Below are positions 24,507 through 38,003 of a stretch of DNA of 64,000 nucleotides, piece by piece. Source of the DNA: Lama guanicoe (Eukaryota); assembly GCA_013239625.1 (NCBI GenBank), contig MU054187.1:9195231-9259230 (forward strand), in the 5' to 3' direction. Positions within the stretch are counted from its first letter, which is position 1. Each line of letters starts with the position of its first letter. The position numbers and the translations under genes are program-made. The notes beneath the pieces are model-generated. The model ran no database searches. It saw only the letters and a program-made list of their open reading frames with translations, and was not told where the DNA came from.

Positions 24507-26559
24507 CTGGGAGAAGAGAATCCAGGCTGGATTAACAGCTGAGTCAATCCCCACGACTACACTAAGTGCTGTCACCCATTTCTGAGTGAGAAAGAACTAG
24601 AGAGCATTCAGAATCATGCATGTGTTTGTAGTCAAGGTACTTGTTTAGTAAACTTTAGGTGTAGTTCTCTTTCTAAAGGGTGCTGTCATGCCGACAGATC
24701 CTCTGTCAGGTCCTCGAGTCACAGATCTTTTCTATAAATTGTTATCAATCGATACCTAATCTGGGTAGACAGGAACTAACCAACACAGTAGAGATGCTGT
24801 GCCAGAACTGAAAAAATCAGCACAGACATTTCAGAATGCTTCCTTTGCAAGGCCTATTTTGGTCTGATCATGCCTGTTGCTACAAGCTGAAGCTGTCTGA
24901 AGCTTGGGTTGAGTAAACAGTGATCCTCATGTATCCAGTCATTCAGCTTGAAGTTGAGAGGATTTGATTTTCAGAGGCAGAGAGAATAAATGTGTTTATC
25001 AAAATCTCTGCATAGAGTAGGAGCACCTTTTTTCTTAGAAAAAGTTATTAACAAGAAAAAAACCAGAAAAGTAAAATATTCTTTAAAAAATCTTTTTGAA
25101 GGAGTTAGAACAAGGTGAAAAAATTGTCCTTCTAATAGTATCGTTTTGAGTATTTGACCTTCTTTCCAGGGTTTTCATCATTTCAGACTTTATCTGCACA
25201 CTGGGTTGCTAGGGCAACCAAGAAACACACAGTAGGACTCAAACACTTAAACTACCTTTATGAATGCCAGCTACCAGACTCTTTTACCTTGTATTTTATA
25301 AAGCCCAGAGCCCAGCATTCACATTCCACTTGGATTTATACTTTGAACACTGTTTTCACTTTATAGATAAGGATGGTTATGAATGTACACTAGACATAAC
25401 CATATAAGGAGTTCTCAGATGCACTGCTTATGTAAAGATGTAAGATGCATGTATCCATGTATCGGGAAGAAAGTGTAAGTGTGCCTGTTTTAAAAATGTA
25501 AATAGGGCAACAGCTACCAAAGGGAAAAAAATCTCAAAGAACAAACAATAACAAACAACCTTGATTATGTATATGTGAATTAAAATTAACGGCTAATTTT
25601 CTGGACGTGTGAAACAGTTTAACTGATACTGAAAATGCCATTGTTTGTGCCCTGGCACTTTCTACAGGGTGAGTCTTTGTCAGTGAGGGGCACGGGGAAG
25701 GAGGGACAGCTAGGGAAGAGGGCATGGACGTGAGGAATAACGGTGACAGTGGTTGATCAGGAGACCGTGCGGGACTGGAGGACACCAATGCTGGAAAGCA
25801 GATTCCAGGTAATCACTTGAGGTAATCAGTCGGAATGGAGCATTTCAACTCCACAAACATGCTTTGGTGAACAATACAATCAAACTCCTGCCTTCACCTT
25901 CTCAACTTGTAGACTGGGCACAACCGAAAAATTGAGATCTTGTCCTTTGTCCCTGACAAAAATGCTTAAAAACTCTCCAGGCCACACTTTGAGTCCTATT
26001 AGCGGGCCAGGCTGTTTTGGCCCTTCCTGCTCTGGTGTCTGCTGTCGCTGACTGAGAGGCTTCCCCAGGCCTCCTGCCCGCTGCACCCAAACCCTCTGCC
26101 GGGTGGGTCTCTGACTCAGAGACTGGAGCTTGTCAGCCTACAGGACCTTCCTGATCCTCTACCATCTGGCCTTTGCCTCCCCTCTCAGCACTCCCCCATC
26201 CCTCTTCCTAGGTGCAGGCCCAGTCCTGGCTCCTAAGTCTTTCCATATTGAATCATGAAAACGAAATCTCCAGGAATACAAGTTTGTGGACGCTGTATGC
26301 TTGGTCAAAGCAGAATGTGCCTGTGAAGTTCACTGCCACTTAATCAGTGCCCAGCAGTGCCCACACATGCTTGGCACAGAACACACATACACAAAAGAAC
26401 AAAATGTTAAAATAATTGATAGTGTATTATCTATTCCATGCAGGAAACTTAGATTTTTAATATGGATTAAAACAAAAAGATGTTTCTGCTTAATCACCAG
26501 TTTATCACATAATTTTAAAAATAAAAAAGCATACCTATTTACAGTTAATTGAGATTTAA

Positions 26560-27065
26560 ATCCTAAGTACTTCACCCTGGCCTCCTCAATGTCCCCCAGC
26601 CACACTAAGTAGCCTCCCATTTTTAAGGCCTTTGTATTTGCTATTCCCTCTGCCTGGATTTTCTTCCCTCAGTTACTGTACAGCTCATGTGTTTTGGAAT
26701 GTTATTCCCTCTATTACTGTATGGCTCATGTGTTCTGGAATGTTCTTTTCTCAGTTTTCCTACATGGCTCAGGTGTTTGCTTCCTCCATGTCTCTGCTCA
26801 AATGTCACCACAGCTGGGAGGCCGCTTCCTGACTCCCGAGCTAAAATAACAACACTCCATCACTCTCCTGACCCTTTGTCTAGCTTCATTTTCTCCCTAC
26901 CTGACACGTCCTGCCTTTATGGGTCCATTTCTGTCTCCTGTCACCAGAATGTGCAACCTTCCCTGGGAACACGTTTCTTTTCTTCAATACTGTATCCTCA
27001 CCCTCTAGAATGGTGCCTGGTATAAGGCAGTGCTCAGCAACCATTTCAATGAATGAGTGACTGAA
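26560..27065 (+). mobile_element. L2 3' end containing a 41-bp tandem duplication
   Basis: Ends tagaatggtgcctggtataaggcagtgctcagcaaccatttcaatgaatgagtga. Confidence 0.75.
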
Positions 27066-27999
27066 GGTAGAAATTTAAATATGCACTTTAAAATCTCATG
27101 CTTAAAACTACATTCTTGGTCTGTACTTCATTTCAATGGAGTAACCATTATTGTTGGACTGCAGAAATTATGAAAGAAAATAGCCTATTGCATTTAATCT
27201 TATTGTGTTTAACTACAGACTAAGCTTATGTTTATAAACACTGTGACATGGGGGTACATTTTCCTCATTTTTATTTACCCTTTTGACCATCATTAACCTA
27301 TTCTAAAATATGTTACTGCTTACTCAGTAATATTTTATCTACAGGCTAAATAGGACAGAACATCTGCATACTAGATACACATAATGAAGCATAAAAGGAC
27401 AGAGCCAGGCTAGGTACAGCAAAAGCAGACCTCTTCACGCACATTCATGTTTAATCTTTAAATAGGTCCTGATAGCCAAAGTGCAATTATGAATTAATGC
27501 TTTGAAAACTACTCACTACTCAACTGTGGATAATTCTATTGAAAAAATTTTTCTCGTGTACAATGGGAAGTTTCCAGATAACACCGTGGGAAAATATACA
27601 TCAAATGCAGACATCTGTCATGATACCATATTTTAGACACCAGATCCTAAATTTGGGCTTCCCTACTAAGTCAGAGCACCCAGAAAAGTATATATACACT
27701 TGTCATCACAATGGATATAAAAGAATTATAAATAAAAGTTGGAATAATTGAGGGAGGGTGGGGGCAGGGCAGGGGACAAACAGTGGCGATCCAGAATGTC
27801 CAAAGAAAATTGTGTGAGTGTTGAACAGTGGCTGGGTCCTTAGATTGTTTTTTAAGCCTCCCAAGCAAGATTTAAACATTATTCTTTAGTTACTGAAACA
27901 GAAGGCAGAGTCTCTTGCTGTTCTACTCAAGTATGAGCTGTTACTAGAGCTTCACAGTGAAGCCCAAGGCCCCTCCCTCTCTCACCAGAAGCTAGACTG

Positions 28000-28212
28000 A
28001 AGGGATAGGCTCTCTGGTCGGAAGTCAGAAAACCACTCCCTGGGCCTTAGGAAAGCTACTCAATGTCTCTGAGCCTCAGCCTTCTCACCTTTTAAATAGA
28101 GACGATAATAATGTATGTCATAGGCCATTGTAAATATTAAATGAGGTAAAGTGCTACAGTGGAGACTTGTGATTTAGTAAGCACTCAGTGAATTAATATT
28201 AATGATTACTTA
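28000..28212 (+). mobile_element. MIR SINE
   Basis: tctctgagcctcagccttctcacc...attaaatgagg core. Confidence 0.7.
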
Positions 28213-28331
28213 TTCCACATTCTTCTAGCGCCCCCACTTTTTCTCTCTGCTAAATTTCCTTTACCTCTGTTTTTCACAGAGCCAAATTGTAAATATTACT
28301 TACAAATATTTATTAAGCATCAATCAATTAC

Positions 28332-28525
28332 CATTAAACAATAGTTTCGCAGAGTCAATACATCGTGAGGATTTGCTAAGCAATTATCAGAAACAACGAG
28401 CTGGGAAAGACTGTGTACTGGGTCCCTGCCCCGTGGGTACACAATCACACGGGGTGCTATGCCAATTGTTATTCCATAGCTTGGAGCAACAGTGCTGTTG
28501 AATTGCTGATGATGGCTGACCTTGA
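28332..28525 (-). pseudogene. Candidate exon (KVSHHQQF...TLRNYCLM), phase 1->0
   Basis: tctttactttcag|TCAAGG...TTAATG|gtaatt; 194 nt with 64 open codons; retained CpGs. Confidence 0.7.
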
Positions 28526-28799
28526 CTGAAAGTAAAGACCTGCAGTGGCTGGATCTTCAGGAAGAATATCCCCTTTTGGGAGCAAGAGGCTCCTGAGTAA
28601 GTGCTTCGTGGGAGGAAGGGTGGGTGGGGGCTCATCTCCCTGCCTCCTAGAGTCCCCAGCCCAGGGGAACGGCTCTGTGCACTCTGCGGCAAGGACTCTC
28701 AGGGCTATTTCTGAGATACGGGCAAAGCTAGAAAAAGGCTGCGTCCCACCAGAGACATTTGGCTCAATTACAGCTGTCAGGGAGCTGCGGAAGCCGTTT

Positions 28800-29290
28800 C
28801 ATGGAGCTCCCTTTGCTCTTTTCCTGCTCACACCTTTGTCCCACCTGATCTGCTCCCCACCCCATACCACACCCTTCACTCTCAGCCTCCAAGCTTCTAC
28901 TTCTGCCATTCTGAAATGTTTACAATTTCCTGAAGGAGCTTTGTTTCCTCTCTTTCATTTATTAAAGGCAGAGCTGCTTCCTCTGCCTTTAATATTCTTC
29001 TTGGCCCACCTTCTATTTGTCCTCAAGACCCAGCCCAGGTGGCACCTCTGGGCAGTCTCCCTTCATCCCCATCCTACAAGGTGCCCCTCAGTGCCTTCCT
29101 AGGGTTTCAGGGTTTGCAGCCATCGTGGCCCTTAGCAGTCAGTGTGTAGCTGCTCTGACTGCCCACTCCTCTGGAAGTGTTTTGAGAGTAGAGACCACGT
29201 TTGTTTGTTTAATCTCTGTGTCCCTGACACACAGCACCGTGGCTGATGCTCAGAAAGTGCTCAGTAAATGTTGGTGGAAGAAATGAGTTA
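28800..29290 (+). mobile_element. L2 3' fragment
   Basis: Ends agtgctcagtaaatgttggtggaagaaatga. Confidence 0.65.
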
Positions 29291-29396
29291 GAATCTCCAC
29301 TACATTTCTCCCTACAGACTCCATCTGCAAGTGAGCTGCTGTCTGTTCTCCCTAAATAGTTCAACAAATTTGCGCTGGGAGAGTGTACACTTTCAC

Positions 29397-29458
29397 CTGG
29401 TCTCCTTGGGTGTTGGAAAGATTAACGTCTATTTGGCAATGAAAGTTTTGTAAGAAGC
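29397..29458 (-). pseudogene. Candidate exon (LLTKLSLPNRR*SFQHPRRP if phase 2->1)
   Basis: ggtttctttccaccaag|GCTTCT...GACCAG|gtgaaa; the phase fits the 28525 exon only with a TAA at 29422-24. Confidence 0.35.
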
Positions 29459-29869
29459 CTTGGTGGAAAGAAACCATGCATATTTTAAAATTCCAAAACG
29501 ACACTTCTCTGTGGTGACTGCCACATCATACCTGTGCTCCCCTTATACAGCATACAGGTGCCTCAAACTACTTGGGAAAGTAGTGCAATTTTTTAAATGA
29601 CTAGAAGTGACCTTCTATTACCCCACATTCTTGTCAGGTGAAATAAAAGAGATATTGTGAACAAGTAAACAAAACAAAACAAAAACAACCTCTGATTTGA
29701 TTCATGTACTTTCTATCCTCCAACTGGGGAGAAACAACTGTTATTTTGTTTTTTTTTAATAGTGTGGACTGCCAAATGTTTATTTTTTCTTTCCTGAGAT
29801 AATGTGCCCAAACATCACATGCTACATTTCCAGCGATTACAGAAATGAATCCAAAAAAAGAATATTCAC

Positions 29870-29922
29870 TGGGCATCAGTGGCTGCTCCACATGGCTTGA
29901 GAGACCCAAAGGGAGGTCCTTG
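29870..29922 (-). pseudogene. Candidate exon (QGPPFGSLKPCGAATDA), phase 0->2
   Basis: ctgttactcag|CAAGGA...GCCCA|gtgaat; supported mainly by phase bridging. Confidence 0.3.
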
Positions 29923-30023
29923 CTGAGTAACAGTGAGGGTTTATTGCACACAAAACACTGCCCCCCAGACACCTAGCACTACTGGGTCCCTTAGTTCTCT
30001 GTAAAATAAGCTCTTCCACCTAC

Positions 30024-30128
30024 CTTTGCTTCAGGGCGCCCTTCATACTGATGCCTCTGCTTCCCTGAATGACAATGGGTAGAACTGGGGGATTCCAAGT
30101 CCACCCTACTTTCCAACAATATCACCAC
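30024..30128 (-). pseudogene. Candidate exon (VVILLESRVDLESPSSTHCHSGKQRHQYEGRPEAK), phase 0->0
   Basis: tttatttaacaaattctag|GTGGTG...GCAAAG|gtaggt; 105 nt, open. Confidence 0.55.
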
Positions 30129-30539
30129 CTAGAATTTGTTAAATAAATGGAGAAAAAAGGATTTAAGTGCTTGAATTATCTGGGAAAACTTAAAAGATGA
30201 GCACAAAAATATGCAATGAAAATAGAATCGCTGAAATGCTTCTTGTATCCCTGAGACACCTCCAAGAAAATGCCCTAAAAACGTCACCATTAAAAGATAC
30301 AACATTGGCACTATCAACGAAGAACGTTTACAACAAATTTCTAAAGCATAAGAAGAACTTTGACCAGCTAAGAGGTGTTGGGATTGTTGTGAAAAAAAAA
30401 ATGAGCTTTGTAGTAACAGATCAGGTTATAACTCTGTTCCGTCACTTAGCAGCTGTGTAACTCGGGCAAATTACTTAACTCTGTGAAGCCTATCTTATCT
30501 GTCTCTAATTTGGATTCCTGACTGTCTCATAAATTTACT

Positions 30540-32800
30540 GTTAATTCATTTGCATAATTAATAAGTATTTATTTATTGAGCTATTACTAGAAACCAGACA
30601 CCATGCTGCGTGCTAGAGATTCAACAATAGGATGTTTAACACAATGCTTTCCCTGAAGGCTTCACTATCTAGGAGCAGGAACAGTTGAATAAATAAAATA
30701 ACTGCAATACAGTGTGACACCTGCCTTAGTACTGGTAAGTTCAAGGTGGTATAAAGGAGAACGCGATCAGTCCATGTGGGAAAATCAAGGAAGGCTTTGA
30801 AGAAGAGATGAAGTTTAAATATTGTCTAACGTTTAACAGATGAGCAGAGGTCGGGAATAGAAGAACACTGAATGCAAACACAAAAGAATGCTTAATGGTA
30901 TGATGTGAAAAACTTAAGAAACTTCAGGTGTTCAGGAAACATCAACAGCTCAGCATGTTGATGTATTTAAGAATTAGAAGAGGACTGGTGACCATATGGA
31001 CGAGAAGGCTTAGCAAAGGGAAGGAGGACATCCAGGCTTCTGTACTGGGTGACTCAACTGAGGCTGATGTCTTACTGAGGGACCTAAGAGGGGGGACATT
31101 AGTCAAAGGGATGTTGAAGAGGCAACTTTGGGACAAGATGACTGTGAGGGTTCTGTGAAACGTCTAGGTGAAGGGTCTTCTAAGCAGTGTCGTGTACTGG
31201 TCTGGAGCTCAGAAGACAGAACTGACCTGGAAGGTCAGGTTCAGAACCCAGAGCCTCACATGTAAGACCAGATGACCACACAGACTGGCCTCAAGGCAAA
31301 TGAGGAAGTGTGAGGTGTAGGGGTGGTGTCCAAGGGGGAATTCGTGGTGCAGTTTGGAGTCTTGTGGGGAGGAGTGGTATGTCTGGAAAACCCCGTGGTC
31401 CATTGTTAGAGAAAAGTTGCCATCAAGTAAAATCTGTCAAAACCCCCCAAATACTGTCAGAATTATTCAAGTTGTTTGCTTTCATTTCTTGAACATTTTG
31501 AATGAATATACAGACCATAGCAACACCTCTTAAAACTCTGGTCTCTTTCCAATTTACTTCCCTCTTGTCACAAACTGCTCTTCCAACCCTCATACATGTC
31601 CTGAAAAGCCTTCCCATCCCAGCCCCACATCTCCGGGTCCTATCTCCCTCCTACTTCCTCCTTATTCTACATCACAAAATCCCCAAAGAGGAGTCTGGTA
31701 AGGCAAGAAGGGGTTTCTCTGGAGGGTTAGGGAGAAGAAATGAAACCTGCAAAGTCAGGATCCTTTTAGAGGCCAGGAGGAGGGGAAAGGTTGGAAGGAC
31801 TCATGCATTAATAATTTTGTTCTTGTTACAGTAGACTCAAAAACCAGGCTGATCATCTAAATAAGTCATGCATGCAGAGAGGCTTAGCAGAGTAGGGATC
31901 CTGTTCCAGGGAGTGGGATGAAGGTTCTAAGCAGTGGGTGAAAGGTGTTGCCTAGAAAAATAAATACCCTGGGCTACACGGCTGCAGCAACTCATATAGG
32001 CTCTAGTCGTCTCTGTCTCCGGGAGAAAGGAGCCATTAAAGGTCCTGGTGAGGCCTGGATATCATTGGAAGAAGGTACAGAATGAGAAGAAAACAAGAGT
32101 CAGGACAGAAGCTTCGGGGGCAGGACAAAGGAGAAAGTCAATGAAGGATTCTGATGAGAATCTGTCAGGAGGCGGGGAGAATGAGGAGTGTGTGGTGTTC
32201 TGGAAATTAGGAAGTGTTTTTTTAAAGAGACAGTGTCAAGTTGGATGAGGAATGGAAAATATTAATTGGATTTAGCAATTGGAAGGTCACTGGTAATCTT
32301 AGCAAACGTATCTTTAGTGAAATGGTGGAAGCAAAAGGCAAATTGCAGTGTGTTCACACAGAGGGAAAGACATGAGGACAGCTGTCCTAGGAAGCCTTTC
32401 TGAGGACAGGAGGCAAGACAATAACTAGACGAGTTTGTCCCCTTCCTGTCTCCCTTCCCCTTCCCTCCTCTCTCTGTCTTCCCTTCCTTACTGCCTGATG
32501 GGCAAGACTTGAACTTCTTTAAAGGTTCTTGGGTAGGATCTTGTGAAAGAGTCTAAAACTCCAGAAAGGAAATGATAGAGAATGGGGGGGGGTCTGATTC
32601 ACCTGGAATAAGAGAAGAAAGAACACCCCTTCTTTCTGAGAGTGGAGGAAGGAAGTAAAGAAAGTGGCAGATACAGGAAGGTTTTAGTGGGAAAGCAGGA
32701 GCTGGTCAACAAAGAAGCTGAGGGAAATACTGTCTGCTCGCTTTCAAGCTTTCTGCAAGGGATTGGCAAAGTCACCTGCTGAGAGTAACATAAGGAGGCA
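30540..32800 (-). mobile_element. Fragmented L2 (30540-31300 and 31980-32800), preceded by a MIR at about 30380-30535
   Basis: atttattgagctattactag...; ggatttagcaattggaaggtcactggt. Confidence 0.6.
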
Positions 32801-32854
32801 AGGGTGGGTAGAGGTACACAGCAGGAGGTCTGCAATGGTGACAGATTATACTCC

Positions 32855-33600
32855 ATTAAAACTTATAAGATAATGGCTACAATTCCCTGTGCTATACAAT
32901 ATATTCTTGTTGGTTATCTATTTTATACATAATAATTTGTATCTCTTAATCTCATACCCTAATTTGTCCCTCCTCACTTCCCTCTCCCCTTTGGTAACTA
33001 CTAGTTTCCTATATCGGTAAGTCTGTTTTTGTTTTGTATATACATTTATTTGTATTATTTTTTAGATTCTAGGTATAAGTGATATCATAGAGTATTTGTC
33101 TTTGTTGGTCTGACTTATTTCACTAAGCATAATATTCTCTAGGTCCATCCACGTTGCTGCAAATGGCAGAATTTCCTTCTTATTTGATGACTGAATAATA
33201 TATATACACATATACATATAATATACATATAAATATATATGCCACATTTTCTTTATCCATTTGTTTGTTGATGGGTATTTGGTTGCTTCCGTATCTTGGC
33301 TACTGTAAATAATGCTGCCATGAACATTGGGGTGCATGTATCTTTTTGAATTAGTGTTTTTGTTTTCTTTGGAGTGGAACTGTTGGATCATATGGTAGCT
33401 TTATTTTTATTTTTTTGAGGAACCTCCACACTGTTTACCATAGTGGCTGTACCATTTGCATCCCCACCAACAGTGTACAAGGGTTCCCTTTTCTCCACAT
33501 CCTCGCTAACAGTTGTTCTTCGTAGATTTTCTGATGACAGCTATTCTGACAGGTGTGGAGTGATATCTCATGGATGTTTTGATTTGCATTTCTCTAATAA
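32855..33600 (-). mobile_element. LINE-1 ORF2 C-terminus/3'UTR fragment
   Basis: ORF 33062-33391 reads ...KWIKKMWHIY...KKEILPFAATWMDLENIMLSEISQ, the L1 ORF2 C-terminus. Confidence 0.92.
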
Positions 33601-34880
33601 ACATATCTCCTAATATATGTCTCCTACTGGTTTTGTTTCTCAAGAGGAGCCCTGACTGCTACAGTCTCTCCTTCAGATGGGCTGTAAAGATTGAATGAAA
33701 TAATGTATTACTGTGTAAGAAACACCCGACACAACGCCTTAAAAGGTTTGAAAAATGGTAGTTACCTAATATAATGACTTGGGAAACACAGAGTTGAACT
33801 TACATCTAGTTGATTCCCAGTTGGACTCTTCACCAAATAACCTGGTCAACAACAGTAGTTACTGGTCTGGGCTCTATCACTGCAGCGTGACCTTGAGCAA
33901 GGCACAGCTTCTAAGGGCCCTGGTTTCCTTTCTGTAAAATGAGGGCTTGTGCACCAATGAGTTTTGTATAAACTCTTTCAGCTGTGATGTTCTCTGGGGT
34001 AGTTTTGACCTAATTTATTAGATTTTTCTTAGGCTTGCTCTACTTCCTCCAGCCACCAGACATGCCCTATTTCATTACTGTTACATTCAAGGCTCTTTCT
34101 ATACAAATGACCCTCTAATTACTGGGTGGTTTATGGCCCGAGAATGCAAACTAAGTTTAATACTAACCTGAGCAAAGTATTTCTGCTATTTTTGTCAGTG
34201 ATTATAGAGCTCCTGCTTACCCCAGAATACAGGCCATTGGGGATGTAAAAAGGCATTGAATCTGGTCCCTGCCCTCAAGGAGCCTAGGGAGACATCTAAA
34301 AATAAGATAATACTATGAGGGAGCATATAGTCAAATCTAAGCACTATAGGAGTTGAAAGAAAGGGGGCCATAAGATCACCCTGAGATGGAATGATCAGAA
34401 AGGCTTAATACAAGAGGCACGGATTTAGACAGATAAAATGCCTATGTAAGAGATGACAAAGAAGTTAAATCTGCTCTTGCTGTGTGTCATGTATTCCAAG
34501 ATTGAATGTGTGAGATTTGGGAAGCTCTTTATATGCTTGCCTTTGTCAGCACAGATGACAGAACTTCAGGCTTTCTCTCCTATTCTCCCTGGCGTGTCCT
34601 GTACAAGGATGAACGCGCAGCAGGCGCACCACCCTGCACACATTTACACATGGATACCTGCACATACCATGGCAACCCCTATCATCCACATTTTGGGGGA
34701 CCCCTACACAGGAGTTTAAGTTCTATTAAGGTGGGGGTCCATGCTTCTCTTGTCTGCATAAGTATTTATGGTCTAAATCAATAAAATCATTGCTTTCCAG
34801 AATATGGGGGACATAAAGAGAAAGTTTTCCATCTGAAACTTTCAATGGCATTAAAACTCTAAAAATAGTGATCCTTATAC

Positions 34881-35021
34881 TTTGGAATTTCTTTGATTTT
34901 TCAATGTCAGCCCAATCTGACTCCCTGCTCCCACTCTCTGCAAAATGTTGCTTAAGCTCAACTGGCAGGGCTTCTTATCCAAAGAGCCATTGACAGAACT
35001 ACTGCCAAAAACTTGCTGGAG
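34881..35021 (-). pseudogene. Candidate exon (LQQVFGSSSVNGSLDKKPCQLSLSNILQRVGAGSQIGLTLKNQRNSK)
   Basis: Strong acceptor ggtttttttgttcag; only phase 0 is open; the donor (AAA|gtataa) is weak, so the 3' boundary is uncertain. Confidence 0.45.
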
Positions 35022-35111
35022 CTGAACAAAAAAACCAGTAGGTGTGCACAGAAGAAAAGATATGCTTGAATGACAAAGCAAACACCAAAAGAATTAATTT
35101 TACAAGCTCAC

Positions 35112-35229
35112 CTTTAAGATCAGATAAAGGCAACTTGACTTTTTAAAGACAATATTCATTTTTATCAGTTTAATAAACAGCTCTTAGCAACACTGATAAC
35201 CATCTTTAATGAGTGGAAACAAAGAAGCC
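35112..35229 (-). pseudogene. Candidate exon with in-frame TAA (ASLFPLIKDGYQCC*ELFIKLIKMNIVFKKSSCLYLILK)
   Basis: Consensus donor AAG|gtgagc, 90-nt intron to the 35021 exon in phase 0; acceptor either at 35229 or about 25 nt further in (cattaaag). Confidence 0.5.
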
Positions 35230-36117
35230 CTATTAACAGTTAAATTTAAATTGTTCACTAATCTTACTTCAGTTTCTTTCATGATGATCTTTTGCTAAAT
35301 GAGTCTAAAAAATACTTGGTGATGTGTGTAAACAAGTCAGAAATTCTCAAGACTGTGGTCTAATGAAAGCAAATAAACAGGGTTTACAAAATAATTCAGA
35401 ATACTGAAAGAGGCAGTGTTTGGATGTAAATATAGATTTCTACAAACAAGATGTTAATAATTGTAAGTCAATATTCATAAAGATTGCTATAAAGATTGGA
35501 AGTGGAAATAATATCCTCTGGATTCAGAAATGTCTCCTAGTCACCTGCAAAATAATTCTGTCCGTAGGTTATTAACATTTATATTCCAGCAGATTTTTGC
35601 AAATGTCTATTGGACTCCAACTATGTGCAATGAATAGTTCTCAAAACACACTGCATCCAGTCAATGCAATCAGTCATTACCTTTTACCAAGGGCTAGACT
35701 GAATAGTCTGGGTAATGTAGTGTTCATATACTGTTTCTGCCTATCCAGCCTCTATGTAGTCCCCCTCCTTCTGTTAACAACACCTGACTTTTCCTTTGGG
35801 AAACCACTCTCACACATTCCACACTATGTGCTTCTATGGGATTGACACTGTCCTCCTAGGCCCAACAGTATTCAGGTGATCATGACCTGCTCAGCAGTCC
35901 TTTGCCCACAGTGATTTAGAGATGAGCATAAATATAGATCGAAACAGAGATGAGTTTGGTAATATAAGCCAAGCTAACGAGAATAAATTCTGGGTTTCTG
36001 TTGGAAAAACCTGGGCAAGTGAAGCCTTCTTCCCATAGACCGCAAGCTGTAAGGGTGATAGGCTGAGACCCTGCTTAGAAGGACACCAACACAGAAGATG
36101 GAGAGCAAGACCAAATG

Positions 36118-36555
36118 GTGTTGGGTATTTTCCATCTGCCCCCAGATCTTGTCTCTCCTCCTCTCTACCAGCTGCCTAAATGGACTCTCTCAACCTCTTT
36201 TTCCCTCTGACTTCTAGCTAGGAGTGCTGTGAGGCGATCAGAGACATTAGATGATTTATTTCCCATCCCCTTTCTGTGGGATCTCTTCAGGCTGGCTGTC
36301 TGTCTACTGAAGGAAATGGCTTCTGTCAGGCGACCTGTTCACACAACTTGCTGTCTCCAGGTTCCAGTAATCATATTTGCTTTACTCCTTCAGGCCTGCA
36401 GATGGTAACTCTGTCCCACTATTAGCTGTTACTTGCTCTAGTACTTCAATATCTCTTGTAATTTCCCTAAATCCTGCCCTCATCTTTGTAAGGAGTCCTC
36501 TTTTTAAAGGACAGATGGAGCCATTTATTTCCTGCCGGAGCTCTGACAAATCAAA
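36118..36555 (+). mobile_element. LTR41-like solo LTR inside an older MLT1 LTR (about 35715-36650)
   Basis: tgttgggtattttccatctgcccc...ccttcaggcct...atttcctgcc; MLT1 tail gacttttcagtcactagagccaataaattccc follows. Confidence 0.6.
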
Positions 36556-36736
36556 TGACACTGAGTTCTGGGGATTCAGACATGCTTAAAGATAGTGATA
36601 CTCCTGACTTTTCAGTCACTAGAGCCAATAAATTCCCTCTTCTCTGCTGCTCACAACACAGCAGTCTAATACAGTTTGTTAGGTTCTTTTGATTGCACAG
36701 ACTTACATAAGACACTTAAGGAAAGGGAGGTGGCAC

Positions 36737-37106
36737 TGTTACGAACTGAGCTGGGCCCCCTCAAATTTATACACTTAAGTCCGAACCCTTATTCCCTCAG
36801 AATGTGACTGTATTTGGAGACAGGATCTTTAAAGAGGTAATTAAGTGAAAAAGAAGTCATTACATGGGCCCTAATCGAACATGACTGGTATCCTTATAAA
36901 GAGGAGATTAGAACACAGACATGTACTGAGAGAAAACACTGTGAAGACCCAGGGAGAAGACAGCCATCTGTGAGCCAAAGAGAAACCAACTCTGCCGACA
37001 CCTTGGTATCAGATTTCAAGCCTCCAGAACTGTGAGAAAATAAATATTTGTTGTTAAGCCACTTAGTCTGTGGTACTTCATTGTAGCCACTCTAGCAAAC
37101 CAGACA
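36737..37106 (+). mobile_element. MLT1B-like solo LTR
   Basis: TG...CA; cagaatgtgactgtatttggagacagg, gcctccagaactgtgagaaaataaat. Confidence 0.85.
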
Positions 37107-37679
37107 CCTATAAACGAGAACTGGAAAAGACAGTGCTAGAGGCCAGTGACTCTCTCCAGCTCACTGAGGCAACATGGTCTCTAAACTAAGCCATCGGTCT
37201 CTCTGGAAATTGGTTCCATTTACCTTTATTACTCACTGGTCAATCTTTCCATATTTCCAAGTCCAAGAGCTTGGCTAATCTAATTGGTTTGGCTAACTAC
37301 CACTGATACCTCTGAGGCAAGACCTTTGCACCGACCCATCTCATGGGTTTCTTGCCAGTAATGGATAAATTGCCTTGGGATCATATGCCCTCGACTGGTT
37401 CCACCAGTGGCTGCCATGTGCAGGGAACAATTACGAGCTGGCTCACTGCATAGGAAGTGGTGGGAGGGTCAGTTTCCGGAAGAAAGAGAAGCTGGATGCA
37501 GCTGGTATTTGACAAGTCCAGCATTTGGTCTAGAATTAATTATAGGAAAACATCAATACCAACACATACCACTCAGATTTGGCTTTAGTTTTTACTGTAA
37601 TAGCCAATCCCTCATTTCAGTTACTCATAAGGCCCCCTTTCCCGACCTTGAGTTTTAGAGGATACCCTACAACCCTTAC

Positions 37680-37758
37680 CACAAGGATTCTACCCTGTGG
37701 AATTCCTTTTGTAAAATAAGCACACTGCTTTGCTTGAGTTAGCTTGATGTGTTTGTTA
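37680..37758 (-). pseudogene. Candidate exon (NKHIKLTQAKQCAYFTKGIPQGRILV), phase 2->0
   Basis: cttttttccttttgttttcaag|TAACAA...CTTGTG|gtaagg; very strong sites, single open frame. Confidence 0.65.
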
Positions 37759-38003
37759 CTTGAAAACAAAAGGAAAAAAGCTTGATTAAAACAATTTCCG
37801 AAGAGAACAGTAATTTGGTCCAAGGAAGAGGGATCTGTTAATGAGTAAACAGGACTTTTGTGGATAATTGCTGACAGTGCTACTAATTTTGTGACTATGC
37901 TTGGGCCCCTTCACTTCTTCATGTCCAACACAAGAAACGGAAGGAGTACTGAAGGGTATCTTCCACCTCCCAGCAATGCTGCCGGAGAATTCTAAGAAGG
38001 TAC

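Noticed and set aside
28545..29102. 185-aa plus-strand ORF
   Set aside because: Non-ATG start, runs into a pyrimidine-rich L2; compositional artefact
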